From an uncultured delta proteobacterium (GTDB lineage: Bacteria; Myxococcota; Myxococcia; SLRQ01), in the NCBI GenBank assembly GCA_963727485.1, contig CAVSGM010000011.1, positions 32,001 through 96,000 of the forward strand: 64,000 nucleotides of DNA. The letters run 5' to 3'. Below, piece after piece: positions 51,241 to 60,105 of this stretch. The position numbers were made by a program, and so were the translations under genes. Position 1 is the first letter of the stretch. The number at the start of each line of letters is the position of its first letter. The notes under the pieces were generated by a model. That model worked only from the letters and a program-made list of their open reading frames with translations, did no database searches and had not been told where the DNA came from.

Positions 51241-52873
51241 TGGTGCAGGAGCGGAAGGCCTCGGACGAGCCGTCGAGGTTCACGTAGAAGAGGAGCCGGT
51301 GGGTGGCGTTGTCCATGCCGGCGGTGACGGTCTGCGACAGGGTCTGGGCCGCCGTGCTCTCGGTGGTCGTCCGCATCGAGGCCAGGATGCTGCCACTGCC
51401 CGCGTCGTCCGCGCTCCAGAAGAAGACCAGGCTCACCGATCCCGAGGGGTTGTTGTCGAAGACATGGCAGGTCAGGTTGGTGACGGTCACCCCGTTGGGG
51501 ACGTGGATGGGGCAGTAGAGGGTCCCGATGCCGGAGGTGACGTAGGCGTTCATGCCATTGCTGCTCACCGTGCCGCTGTGGACCTTGCAGTCCACCGGGG
51601 AGACGTTCAGGGTGCCCGTGACCGGCTGGGCGTAGCGATAGCGACCGTTCTGCACCATCACGTCGCCCTTGAAGTAGCCGGCGTAGCTGGTGCTGGTGCC
51701 GCCGGACGCCTGGGCCATGATGCCGTAGGCGTTCTGGCCACCGGACGCGAAGAAGTTCCCGCCGACGTTGGTGCCCGCCTTGGTGGCGACGCCGTCCACG
51801 CCGTAGGCGAAGCTGGAGCTGGCGTTGCCCGCCTGCCCGGTCACCCCGGCGGCGATGACCCCGCCCGAGGTGGCCGAGCCGGCGATGGCGGTCTCCGAGG
51901 CGGTGGTGCTGATGCCCGAGTTCGTCACCGAGAGGGCCGCGTTCTGACCCACCGAGCCGCTGGCGTTCCCGGTGACGGTCACCGCCAATCCGCCGCCGCT
52001 CCGGCCGTCCACGGTGAGCGGCCCGGTCATGCTGTCCCCGGCGACGTTCACGTAGCGCGGGTCCAGGGTGCTCCGGAGATCGGCGTTGGTGCGGGTGGTG
52101 TCGAGGTCGGCCTGGCAGCTCCAGCTCGACCCGCCCCACTTGGGCACCTGGCCGGTGGCGCACGAGAGGCTCGCCCGGGCCAGGGCGTTGACCGTGGGGT
52201 CGGTCTCGGAGGTGATCCCGGTGGCGTCGGCGGCGCAGCCCCAGCCGCCGGCGCCCGCCTTGAGCACCTGACCCGAGGCGCAGCTCATCAGCCCGATCCG
52301 GTTGTTCGCCGAGGCGTTCAGGGTCAGCGGCGAGGCGGTGGTGTAGGTGGTGTCGTCGTCGCCGTCGTCGAGGCCGGCGGGGCGGTTCTGGATGTCGGTC
52401 CAGTGGACCCCCTGACCCGAGGTCATCAGCTGGCTCGCCGGGATGCCCCCGACGCTGGCGGCGTCTCCGGCGTACTGGGCGTAGGCGGCGTAGGGGGTGG
52501 AGCCGAGGACCAGCCGCGGGCTCATCTCGGCGTCGGTGCCCACCTGGATGCCGAGGAAGGTCGCCGGGTCGTCCCGGAAGACCGAGAGATCGAGGGGCGT
52601 GTTCTGGCCCAGGTAGACGGTGAAGAAGCCATGGTCGACCATCACCGTCTGGGTCTCCTGGTAGACGGCCGTGCCGCCGGTGGCGGTGGTGTAGAGGCTG
52701 AGGGTGAGGTCGGTCTGGCCGTCGACGGGCTGGCCGGTGGCGTCCGTCAGGTAGCCCTGCACCGGGAGGAACGCCGGGGCGGTGCCGGGGGTCTGGGCGT
52801 GGGCGAGGGCCGGCGCCAGGGCGAGGCCGAGGGCCAGGACGAGCGCGGTCACGTGGGATCGGGTGCGGATCAT
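51209..52873 (-). CDS. Secreted fibre/adhesin-like protein, copy A (alternative coupled start 52903)
   Basis: Signal peptide; QGYLTD..GQPV...GFFTVYLG...EMSPR..L.STPYA N-domain; CxxGQVxKxxxxxWxCxxD repeats; Gly/Ala beta-repeat stalk; YAGYFxGDV; distinct C-terminal tip. Confidence 0.75.
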   Translation of the reverse strand: MIRTRSHVTALVLALGLALAPALAHAQTPGTAPAFLPVQGYLTDATGQPVDGQTDLTLSLYTTATGGTAVYQETQTVMVDHGFFTVYLGQNTPLDLSVFRDDPATFLGIQVGTDAEMSPRLVLGSTPYAAYAQYAGDAASVGGIPASQLMTSGQGVHWTDIQNRPAGLDDGDDDTTYTTASPLTLNASANNRIGLMSCASGQVLKAGAGGWGCAADATGITSETDPTVNALARASLSCATGQVPKWGGSSWSCQADLDTTRTNADLRSTLDPRYVNVAGDSMTGPLTVDGRSGGGLAVTVTGNASGSVGQNAALSVTNSGISTTASETAIAGSATSGGVIAAGVTGQAGNASSSFAYGVDGVATKAGTNVGGNFFASGGQNAYGIMAQASGGTSTSYAGYFKGDVMVQNGRYRYAQPVTGTLNVSPVDCKVHSGTVSSNGMNAYVTSGIGTLYCPIHVPNGVTVTNLTCHVFDNNPSGSVSLVFFWSADDAGSGSILASMRTTTESTAAQTLSQTVTAGMDNATHRLLFYVNLDGSSEAFRSCTITYEESQVQP

Positions 52874-52899
52874 GGGGATCTCCAGGGAAGCGAGGGGAT

Positions 52900-53271
52900 T
52901 CATCGGCCCGGGCTGGCGCCGGTGTTGAGCTGGTGGCTGCCGCCGCCGGTGTGGCCGGCGGGCTGGGGCGCGCCGACGCTGAAGCGGAGCCGGTAGTGGG
53001 TCGAGGCGGCGGTGCCGCTGCCACCGGTGAGCGAGGCCCCCGGGTGCAGGGGCTGCCCGGTGGCGCCGCCGTCGGTGACGCCACCGTCGGTCGTGCCGCC
53101 GTCGGTGACGCCACCGTCGATCGTGCCGCCGTCGCCACCGTCGGTCGTGCCGCCGTCGGTCACGGCACCGCCGCCACCGTCGGCCTGGGTGCCGCTGCCC
53201 TTCGTGGCGGGGCAGCCGGCGAGGGTGCCCGCCGCGAAGAGGGCGAGCAGCCAGTGGGTCCTGCGAGTCAT
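52900..53271 (-). CDS. Small lipoprotein with TDGG linker and conserved C-terminal beta motif, copy A
   Basis: Lipobox LAGC; GASLTGGSGTAASTHYRLRFSVGAPQPAG. Confidence 0.78.
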   Translation of the reverse strand: MTRRTHWLLALFAAGTLAGCPATKGSGTQADGGGGAVTDGGTTDGGDGGTIDGGVTDGGTTDGGVTDGGATGQPLHPGASLTGGSGTAASTHYRLRFSVGAPQPAGHTGGGSHQLNTGASPGR

Positions 53272-53452
53272 CGACACCTCCTGCGTGGGTCGTCCGTGGC
53301 GACGCGCCACGACGTTCGCGGACCCTCGCAGGGCGGCGTCAACGCGCCGTCAAAGGCGTCCGCGCCGCCCCTGGGTGCCCTCCGCTCCGGGGCCCACCCC
53401 ACCTTGTGGCACCGCCGCCCCGTGCCTACCGCTTGCTCCAAGGAGGCAACCC

Positions 53453-53827
53453 ATGGACGTACAGACGACCCAGCTCGACACCAACGCCCTGCTCACCCAG
53501 TACCTCAACGTGGTCAACCGGGCGATCCGGTCCCACAAGGACAAGGTGCCCTTCAAGCAGATCCTCGACGTCGCCCAGAAGGCGCTCGCCGGGAAGCGCT
53601 TCGGGGTGGCGGTCTACAAGACCGACCCCGACAAGCCCCATGACTACTTCACCCTCGTCTGGCGCGACGGGGGCCTGGCCATCGCCGACCATGGGAAGAA
53701 GGACGTGGACCTCGCCTGGCGGGTGAAGGAGGACCACCTCACCAACGTGGTCACCAAGCCCGAGCCCTTCGTCGACAACCCGGCGCGCCTGGACCTCGAC
53801 TGGCTGAAGACCCGCCTCGGGCTCTAG
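53453..53827 (+). CDS. Hypothetical protein (possibly SCP2-like fold)
   Basis: AAGGAGG RBS; compact 124-aa ORF with coding-like codon usage. Confidence 0.7.
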   Translation: MDVQTTQLDTNALLTQYLNVVNRAIRSHKDKVPFKQILDVAQKALAGKRFGVAVYKTDPDKPHDYFTLVWRDGGLAIADHGKKDVDLAWRVKEDHLTNVVTKPEPFVDNPARLDLDWLKTRLGL

Positions 53828-55497
53828 GGGAGCACCTCGGTCGCCTGGTAGGTGAACACGCAGGCGCGGAACTCCATGTTGGTGTTGAAGCTGACACGGA
53901 TGCTGAGCCGCTGGGTCGTGTTGTCCTGAAACAGGTTCAGGGCCGCCGACAGCGTCTGGACCGAGGCGCTGTTGGTGGTCGCGGTCAGCGTCGTCACCGG
54001 GCTCGCGGAGCCGGCGCTGATCGAGGCCTTGCCGAGGACCACGCTAAGGTTGTCGGAGCCGTTGTTGTCGATGACGGTGCAGGTCATGTGGGTGAGCGTC
54101 ACACCGCTGGGGACGCTGACGGGGCAGAGGATGACTGCCGAGCCGGCGGTGTCGTAGATGGTCGCCCCGCCGTACCAGGGCGGGATCCCTCCGCCATAGG
54201 CCTCGGTCACGCAGTTCGGCGGTGAGACGACCACGCTGCCGGTGACCGGCGCGGCGTAGCGGTAGCGCCCGTTCGACACCATCACGTCGCCCCGGAAGTA
54301 GCCGGCGTAGTTGACGTTGGAGCCCCCGACCGCCTGGGCCATGATGCCGTAGGCGTTGGTGCCCCCGGACGCCAGGAAGCTCCCGCCGATGTTGTTGGCC
54401 GCCTTGCTCGCCACGCCCTCCACCGCGTAGGCGTAGGCCGAGGCGGCGCTCCCGGCCTTCCCGACCAAGGCGGAGGCGAGGGCCCCGCCCGAGGTGGCGT
54501 CGGCGGCGATGGCGGTCTCCGAGGCGGTGGTGCTGGTGCTCTGGTTCACCACCGAGAGGGCCGCGTTCTGCCCCAGCGCGCCGCTCCCGTCCCCGGTGAC
54601 GGTGACCGCCGAGGTCCCGCTCCCGGTGGTGTCCACGGCGAGGGCGCCGGTCATGGCGTCTCCGGTGACGTTGACGTAGCGCGGATCGAGGGTGCTCTGG
54701 AGGTCGGCGTTGGTGCGGGTGGTGTCCAGGTCGTTCTGGCAGCTCCAGCTCGAGCCGCCCCACTTGGGTACCTGGCCCGCGGCGCAGGAGAGGCTCGCCT
54801 TGGCCAGGGCATTGACCGTGGGATCGGTCTCGGTGGTCAGCCCGCTGACATCGGCGGCGCAGCCCCAGCCGCCGGAGGTGGCCTTGAGGACCTGGCCCGA
54901 GGCGCAGCTCATCAGCCCGATCCGGTTGCCCGCCGTGGCGTCCAGGGTGAGCGGCGCGCCGGTGGTGTAGGTGGTGTCGTCGTCCCCGTCGTCGAGGCCG
55001 GCGGGGCGGTTCTGGATGTCGGTCCAGTTCACCCCCTGGCCCACCTTCTGGAGCTGGCTGGCGGGGATGCCGCCGACGCTCGCCGCATCCCCGGCGTACT
55101 GCGCGAAGGCGGCGTAGGGCGTGGTGCCCAGGACCAGGCGCGGGGACATCTGGGCATCGGTGCCCACCTGGACGCCGAGGAAGAGCTGGCCGTGGTCGCG
55201 GAAGAGGGACAGGTCCAGGGGCCAGTTCTGGCCGAGGTAGAGGGTGAAGAACCCGTGGTCCACCATCACCGTCTGGGTCTCCTGGTAGAGGACGCTGCCG
55301 GCGATGGCCGTGGCGTAGAGGCTGAGGGTGAGGTCGGTCTGGCCGTCGATGGGCTGGCCCGCGGCGTCGGTGAGGAAGCCCTGCACCGGGAGGAACGCCG
55401 GGGCGGTGCCCGCGCTCTGGGCCTTCGCGAGGGCGGGGGTCAGGACCAGGCCGAGGGCCACGACGGCGGCGACGAAGGGAGCGCGAGTGGGGATCAT
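53824..55497 (-). CDS. Secreted fibre/adhesin-like protein, copy B (alternative coupled start 55527)
   Basis: Collinear with copy A up to RYRYA, then a divergent tip. Confidence 0.75.
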   Translation of the reverse strand: MIPTRAPFVAAVVALGLVLTPALAKAQSAGTAPAFLPVQGFLTDAAGQPIDGQTDLTLSLYATAIAGSVLYQETQTVMVDHGFFTLYLGQNWPLDLSLFRDHGQLFLGVQVGTDAQMSPRLVLGTTPYAAFAQYAGDAASVGGIPASQLQKVGQGVNWTDIQNRPAGLDDGDDDTTYTTGAPLTLDATAGNRIGLMSCASGQVLKATSGGWGCAADVSGLTTETDPTVNALAKASLSCAAGQVPKWGGSSWSCQNDLDTTRTNADLQSTLDPRYVNVTGDAMTGALAVDTTGSGTSAVTVTGDGSGALGQNAALSVVNQSTSTTASETAIAADATSGGALASALVGKAGSAASAYAYAVEGVASKAANNIGGSFLASGGTNAYGIMAQAVGGSNVNYAGYFRGDVMVSNGRYRYAAPVTGSVVVSPPNCVTEAYGGGIPPWYGGATIYDTAGSAVILCPVSVPSGVTLTHMTCTVIDNNGSDNLSVVLGKASISAGSASPVTTLTATTNSASVQTLSAALNLFQDNTTQRLSIRVSFNTNMEFRACVFTYQATEVLP

Positions 55498-55523
55498 GCG
55501 GGTCTCCGGGGGAGCGAGCGGGG

Positions 55524-55916
55524 TCATCGGCCGGGGCTGGCGCCGGTGGTGATCTGGTGGGTGCCGCCGCGGGTGCGGCCGGCGGGCTGGGGCGCGCCGA
55601 CGTTGAGGTGGAGCCGGTAGTGGGTCGAGGCGGCGGCACCGCTGCCGCCGGTGAGGGAGGCGCCCGGGTGCATCGGCTGGCCGGGCGTGCCGGCGTCGGT
55701 GGCGCCCCCGCCATCGGGGCTCCCACCGTCGGCGACCGGGCCGCCGTCCGTCGTGCCCCCATCGGTGCTGCCGCCGCCGTCCGCGCCCGTGCTGCCGCCA
55801 TCGGTGACGCCTCCGCCACCGCCGTCAGCGTGGGTGCCGACGCCCGAGGTGGCGGGGCAGCCGGCGAGCGCACCGACGGCCACCAGCGCGAGCAGAAAGC
55901 AGGTCCAGCGAGTCAT
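55524..55916 (-). CDS. Small lipoprotein with TDGG linker, copy B
   Basis: Lipobox LAGC; HPGASLTGGSGAAASTHYRLHLNVGAPQPAG. Confidence 0.78.
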   Translation of the reverse strand: MTRWTCFLLALVAVGALAGCPATSGVGTHADGGGGGVTDGGSTGADGGGSTDGGTTDGGPVADGGSPDGGGATDAGTPGQPMHPGASLTGGSGAAASTHYRLHLNVGAPQPAGRTRGGTHQITTGASPGR

Positions 55917-56083
55917 GGACATCTCCTTCCCTGGATGTCCGCGGCGAAGGGCCGCGACCGTGACCCAATCCATAGGAAGACCGTCAGGCCCTCGTCAAAC
56001 CCCAGACCGGGGGACCTCGAGGTCACCTGGCCCGGGCGCCAGGGGGCTTGACCGGAGGCCGATCGCCGGCCGAACCTCGAACG

Positions 56084-57418
56084 ATGATCGACCAGCGCGC
56101 CGGGGGGCTGGTGGCCATCCTGCTGCCCTGGCTGGGCCTGGCGGTGGCGCCGGGTCTGGCCGAGCCCTTCTCCGCCCCCAAGGCCTGGGGCCTGATGGGG
56201 GCCGCCGTCGTGGGCCTGGGGATCCTCCTGGTCCGGCGCGATGCCGGAGCCCGAGGCGACCCGGCCGGCCCCGGGGCGCCGCGGATCCTGGTGGCCCTGG
56301 TTCTCGCCTGGATCGCCAGCGCCGCCCTGGCCACGGTCACCGGCGGCGCCGCCCGCCCGGAGGCGCTCCTCCGGATCCTCGCCGCCGGGGTCCTGCTCCT
56401 GGCGCTCCTCGCCGCGCCCCCGGACCCGCGCGGGGTCCTCGGTGTGGCCTCGGCCACCGGTGTGGCCGTCGCCGCGGTGGTCCTCCTCCAGGCCGCCGGG
56501 TGGGATCCCTTCGCCGCCCTGGGCCTCACCCCGGCGGTGGCCGGGGCCCGGATGCGCCTCTACGGCACCCTGGGGAACCCCGACTTCGTCGCCGGCTTCC
56601 TCGCCGCCACCGCCTGCGCCACCGCCGGGCGCCTGGCCCTCGTGGGCGCCGGGGATCCGCGCCGACGCCTCCGCCGCGCCCTCGGCGCCGTGGCCCTCAC
56701 CGTCGAGCTCGTGGCCCTGGGGCGCCTCGGGTCCCTGGCGACGCTCCTCTCCGTCCTCGGGGCCGGAGCGGTGGTCGCCCTCGCCGGGGGTCGCCGGGCC
56801 CGGCGCCTGGCGCTCGGCCTCGGGGCCGTGGCGCTCCTGGTGGTCGCCGTCGGCGCCCGGCACCGTACCCCGTCGCGAACCGTCGACGGACGCCTCTACC
56901 TCTGGTCCGTGACCGTGCCCCACCTCGCCGGCGCGCCGCTGCTCGGCCACGGCCCCGGGGCCTTCGCCGCCCTCTGGCCCGGGTGGGAGGCGGCGCGGTG
57001 GCGGGCCCACCCGTCCGCCGCCAATCGCCCCTTCGCCGGCAACGAGCGCCACGCCCACGCCGACTGGCTCGAGACCCTCGTCGACACCGGCGCCCTCGGC
57101 CTCCTCGCCCTCGTCGGCCTCCTCGCCGTGGCGCTCTTCCGGGGCCTGCGCCACGGCCGGGTGGAGCCGGCGCGCCTCGCCGCCGCCGCGGGCCTGGCCT
57201 CGATCGTGGCCCGGAGCCTGGTGGACTTCCCCTTCCAGCGCCCGGCAGAGCTGGGCCTCGCCCTCGTCCTGGCGGCGGTCGCCGCCGCGCCCTTTCCCCT
57301 CCACAGAGCGGAGCCCATCCCATGTCCCCAAGCCCCCGTCCCCTCGCCGCCGTCCTCCGTTTCCTTGGCCGCTCACCCGCCCGGGCCGCGGCCCTCGCCG
57401 GTGGCGTCCTCGCCCTGA
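56084..57418 (+). CDS. O-antigen ligase / O-oligosaccharyltransferase family (Wzy_C) membrane protein
   Basis: RLYGTLGNPDF, GRLYLW, PLLGHGPGAF, HAHADWLETLVDTGALG; many TM segments. Confidence 0.8.
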   Translation: MIDQRAGGLVAILLPWLGLAVAPGLAEPFSAPKAWGLMGAAVVGLGILLVRRDAGARGDPAGPGAPRILVALVLAWIASAALATVTGGAARPEALLRILAAGVLLLALLAAPPDPRGVLGVASATGVAVAAVVLLQAAGWDPFAALGLTPAVAGARMRLYGTLGNPDFVAGFLAATACATAGRLALVGAGDPRRRLRRALGAVALTVELVALGRLGSLATLLSVLGAGAVVALAGGRRARRLALGLGAVALLVVAVGARHRTPSRTVDGRLYLWSVTVPHLAGAPLLGHGPGAFAALWPGWEAARWRAHPSAANRPFAGNERHAHADWLETLVDTGALGLLALVGLLAVALFRGLRHGRVEPARLAAAAGLASIVARSLVDFPFQRPAELGLALVLAAVAAAPFPLHRAEPIPCPQAPVPSPPSSVSLAAHPPGPRPSPVASSP

Positions 57419-58332
57419 CCGCCGTCGCCTACGCCGGGACCCCGGCCTACCAGGCGCACCTCGACCAGCTGGCCAAGCAGTCCGCCGCCGCCCGGAAGCG
57501 CGCCGGGCTCACCGACCAGGCCGCCTGCGCCCAGGACCCGACCCCGGAGATGCAGTTCGCCAAGCTGGTGCGCGCCAAGGCCGGCTCGACCTTCACCCTC
57601 GAGGCAAAGGGCCACTTCACCAAGGGCACCCACTTCGTGTTCAGAAGCGACCACGTCCACGTGGCCTCGGCCCACCTCAAGGCCGGTGGCGCCGTCATCA
57701 CCGGGCGCATCGATCCCAAGACCATGCCGGGGACCGTGGCCCTCTCCTCGGTGGGCCCCCTGTGCCCGGCCCAGGTCGACTTCGACGCGGTGAAGGTCGA
57801 GGCGGCCACGGTGTGGAAGCTCACCCTCGACAACGGGTGGACCTGCCACCTCGAAGCCGGCGGGGTCGGCGAGGACCGCCACGACTGCAAGGCCACCTGG
57901 TCCGGCGGGGGCCACACCGAGCACTTCCCGTGCGTCCTCAAGGAGGACGGGGACGGCAGCTTTCATGCGGACCTCGGGACCCCGCAGCAGGCCCAGGCCC
58001 GGGCAATGAAGCAGATGCAGACGATGTCCGATCCCGGGGTGCTCAAGGCGCAGGCCGCGGCGCAGAAGGCCGCGGAGAAGATGGGCAAGTGTGCCGACGA
58101 GCAGGGCCAGGCGAAGCAGGTGGCCTGCATCCAGGCGGCGAGCAAAGAGGCCGACGCCCTGGGAGACAAGATCAAGGCGGCCCAGGACAAGGCCCTGAAG
58201 CGCGCCTTGAAGGACGCCTTCGGGTGCCTGTCCCTCGATCTCGCGCTGACCGGCGACCAGGTCTCGGTGGACGCCTCGGGCTGCGGCTACCCCGACACCC
58301 AGAAGGGGCATGGCACGGTGACCGTGCGCTAG
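57322..58332 (+). CDS. Hypothetical secreted protein with Cys pairs and a helical segment
   Basis: Signal-like ALAGGVLALTAVAYA; GGAG RBS; coding-like codon usage; overlaps the tail of the upstream gene. Confidence 0.68.
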   Translation: MSPSPRPLAAVLRFLGRSPARAAALAGGVLALTAVAYAGTPAYQAHLDQLAKQSAAARKRAGLTDQAACAQDPTPEMQFAKLVRAKAGSTFTLEAKGHFTKGTHFVFRSDHVHVASAHLKAGGAVITGRIDPKTMPGTVALSSVGPLCPAQVDFDAVKVEAATVWKLTLDNGWTCHLEAGGVGEDRHDCKATWSGGGHTEHFPCVLKEDGDGSFHADLGTPQQAQARAMKQMQTMSDPGVLKAQAAAQKAAEKMGKCADEQGQAKQVACIQAASKEADALGDKIKAAQDKALKRALKDAFGCLSLDLALTGDQVSVDASGCGYPDTQKGHGTVTVR

Positions 58333-58357
58333 CGTCCCCGCCCGCGTCGGGGACGGA

Positions 58358-58398
58358 ACGAAGGAGGCCGGCACCCTGGGGTACCGGCCTCCGTTCGT
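58358..58398. terminator. Hairpin between convergent genes (probable terminator)
   Basis: ACGAA-GGAGGCCGG-CACCC pairs with GGGT-A-CCGGCCTCC-G-TTCGT. Confidence 0.55.
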
Positions 58399-58416
58399 CA
58401 GGCTCGGAAACGTCGG

Positions 58417-58815
58417 CTACCAGCCGCCGCCGCCGCCGCCGCCACGACCGCCGCGGCCACCGCCGCGACCGCCCCGGCCGCCACCGCCGCCACGGCCGCC
58501 GCCGCCGCCGCCGAAGCCGCCGCCGCCGCCGCCACCGCCGAAGCCGCCGCCGCCGCCGCCACGGGGACGACGCTCCTCGGCCTCGTTCACCCGGAGGGGC
58601 CGGCCGTCGAGCATGGTGCCGTCCATGGCCTCGATGGCCTTCTTGGCCGCGTCCTCGTCACCCATGGTGACGAAGGCGAAGCCTCGGCTGCGGCCGGTGT
58701 CCCGGTCGAGCATGAGGCGGAGATCGGTGATCTCGCCGAACTGGGCGAAGGTCTCCCGAAGGATGTCCTCGGTGGTGCCAAAGGACAGGTTGCCAACGTA
58801 CAGGCGATTGTTCAT
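58417..58815 (-). CDS. RRM RNA-binding protein with a Gly/Arg-rich tail
   Basis: RNP2 LYVGNL, RNP1 RGFAFVTM, GRPLRVNEA, RGG tail. Confidence 0.95.
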   Translation of the reverse strand: MNNRLYVGNLSFGTTEDILRETFAQFGEITDLRLMLDRDTGRSRGFAFVTMGDEDAAKKAIEAMDGTMLDGRPLRVNEAEERRPRGGGGGGFGGGGGGGGFGGGGGGRGGGGGRGGRGGGRGGRGGGGGGGW

Positions 58816-59008
58816 CTGCGTCTTCTCACGAGCGACCGAGCGCGCACTAAGCGCATGAGAAAGACTGACACCCGAAGGGTCGCGACGCCGTGTGTCAGTT
58901 GCAGCAGAAGAGGTGCTGCCTCCGCCCGTTGCCGGAGGTAACGGCCTCGTCGCGCACCCACGATACTCGTGAGGAGAGAGCAGAGAGCCGAGCTGCCAGA
59001 AACGGTAC
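58816..59008 (-). promoter_or_regulatory. Long structured 5' leader of the RRM gene
   Basis: Consecutive hairpins, the last of which pairs over the GAGAAG ribosome-binding region. Confidence 0.5.
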
Positions 59009-59014
59009 CCGCGG

Positions 59015-59043
59015 AACATGAGGCATGGGATGGGCCCTGTCAA
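59015..59043 (-). promoter_or_regulatory. Sigma70-type promoter for the RRM gene
   Basis: TTGACA-17 nt-CATGTT on the minus strand. Confidence 0.55.
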
Positions 59044-59178
59044 GTCGGGATGTTATGGCGATTTCCGGCGGGGATGGCCCCCTGGGGCGCCATCGGAATG
59101 TCACCGGGGGCCCGTTGACGCCGTCTCCCCGGGATCGTATCTGGCGCACACCCATCTTCACCCCCCCCGAGGTTTCCC

Positions 59179-60093
59179 ATGAAGCGCATCTCCCTGGGCC
59201 TGGCGGTCCTCCTCTGCTCCTTCACCCTGGCCACGGCCTGCAACCAGCCCACCGACACCGGCAACGGCGGCGGGACGGACGGCGGCACCACCGGCGGCAC
59301 CACCGACGGCGGGACCACCGGCGGCACCACCGACGGCGGGACCACCGGGGGCACCACCGATGGCGGCACCACCGGGGGCACCGACGGCGGCACCACCGCC
59401 ACCCCGGGCACCCTCACCGTGAACTCCTCGGGGAACGCGCTGCCGGGGGCCTGGATGGTCTCCGACGCCACCGTCCTCGCCAGCGACGGCTCCGGCGCCG
59501 GCGCCACCGACCACCAGGACGTCCTGGTGACCCTCAACGTCGCCACCACCGTCAACGCCAGCGCCAACTGCGCCATCCCCTACAAGACCTACTGCGACAG
59601 CTTCACCGTCCAGGACGCCAGCGGGAACCAGGTGGTCGTCGACGACTACAGCTTCCTCGGGACCCACCCGGCCTGCACCATGCCCCCTGCGGACGGCACC
59701 AGCCTCACCACCGTCACCGGCACCTGGGAGGCCCACTACGACTCGACGCTCAAGAAGACCACCTGGGCCATCGCCCTGGCGGACTGCTCGGGCATCGGGC
59801 AGGGCACCGCCTACAGCGGCTCCAACCAGGCGCCCCTCTCCCAGGACATCGCGAACCTCAAGGCCAACGGGGGGCTCCAGGACGGGCCCAGCGGCTCGGT
59901 GAGCGGGGTGGTCATCGCCGCCTGGTCGGCGAAGACCGCCTGGGGCTTCACCATGGAGGACCCCGACGGCGGGGCCGCCATCACCGTGAAGTGGAGCAGC
60001 TCCTCGTCGAGCACCGCCACCGAGCCCGCGGTGGGCGACGACGTGACCGTGACCGGCACCGTGGTCGCGGTGGCCAACGAGATCAAGCTCTAG
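59179..60093 (+). CDS. Lipoprotein with a GGTTDGGTT repeat linker and probable OB-fold-like domains
   Basis: Lipobox ATAC; 27-bp repeats at about 59270-59398; VSGVVIA...GFTMED...PAVGDDVTVTGTV. Confidence 0.75.
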   Translation: MKRISLGLAVLLCSFTLATACNQPTDTGNGGGTDGGTTGGTTDGGTTGGTTDGGTTGGTTDGGTTGGTDGGTTATPGTLTVNSSGNALPGAWMVSDATVLASDGSGAGATDHQDVLVTLNVATTVNASANCAIPYKTYCDSFTVQDASGNQVVVDDYSFLGTHPACTMPPADGTSLTTVTGTWEAHYDSTLKKTTWAIALADCSGIGQGTAYSGSNQAPLSQDIANLKANGGLQDGPSGSVSGVVIAAWSAKTAWGFTMEDPDGGAAITVKWSSSSSSTATEPAVGDDVTVTGTVVAVANEIKL

Positions 60094-60105
60094 GCCAGGC
60101 GAGGG

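Larger units (their letters stand above)
51630..55930 (-). repeat. Direct duplication of the lipoprotein-plus-fibre module (about 51630-53290 and 54250-55930)
   Basis: Long near-identical DNA tracts in both copies, e.g. GAGGCGCAGCTCATCAGCCCGATCCGGTT and CCATCACCGTCTGGGTCTCCTGGTAGA, plus the intergenic spacer. Confidence 0.8.

Noticed and set aside
51209..55497. Prophage tail-fibre genes
   Set aside because: Both have Sec signal peptides and lipoprotein partners; no capsid, terminase, integrase or other phage genes nearby.
51209..55916. Diversity-generating retroelement or invertible shufflon behind the fibre tip variation
   Set aside because: No reverse transcriptase or recombinase, no template repeat with adenine-specific mismatches, and the copies are direct and diverge at all bases.
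58420..58565. GCC-rich microsatellite
   Set aside because: It encodes the Gly/Arg tail of the RRM protein.
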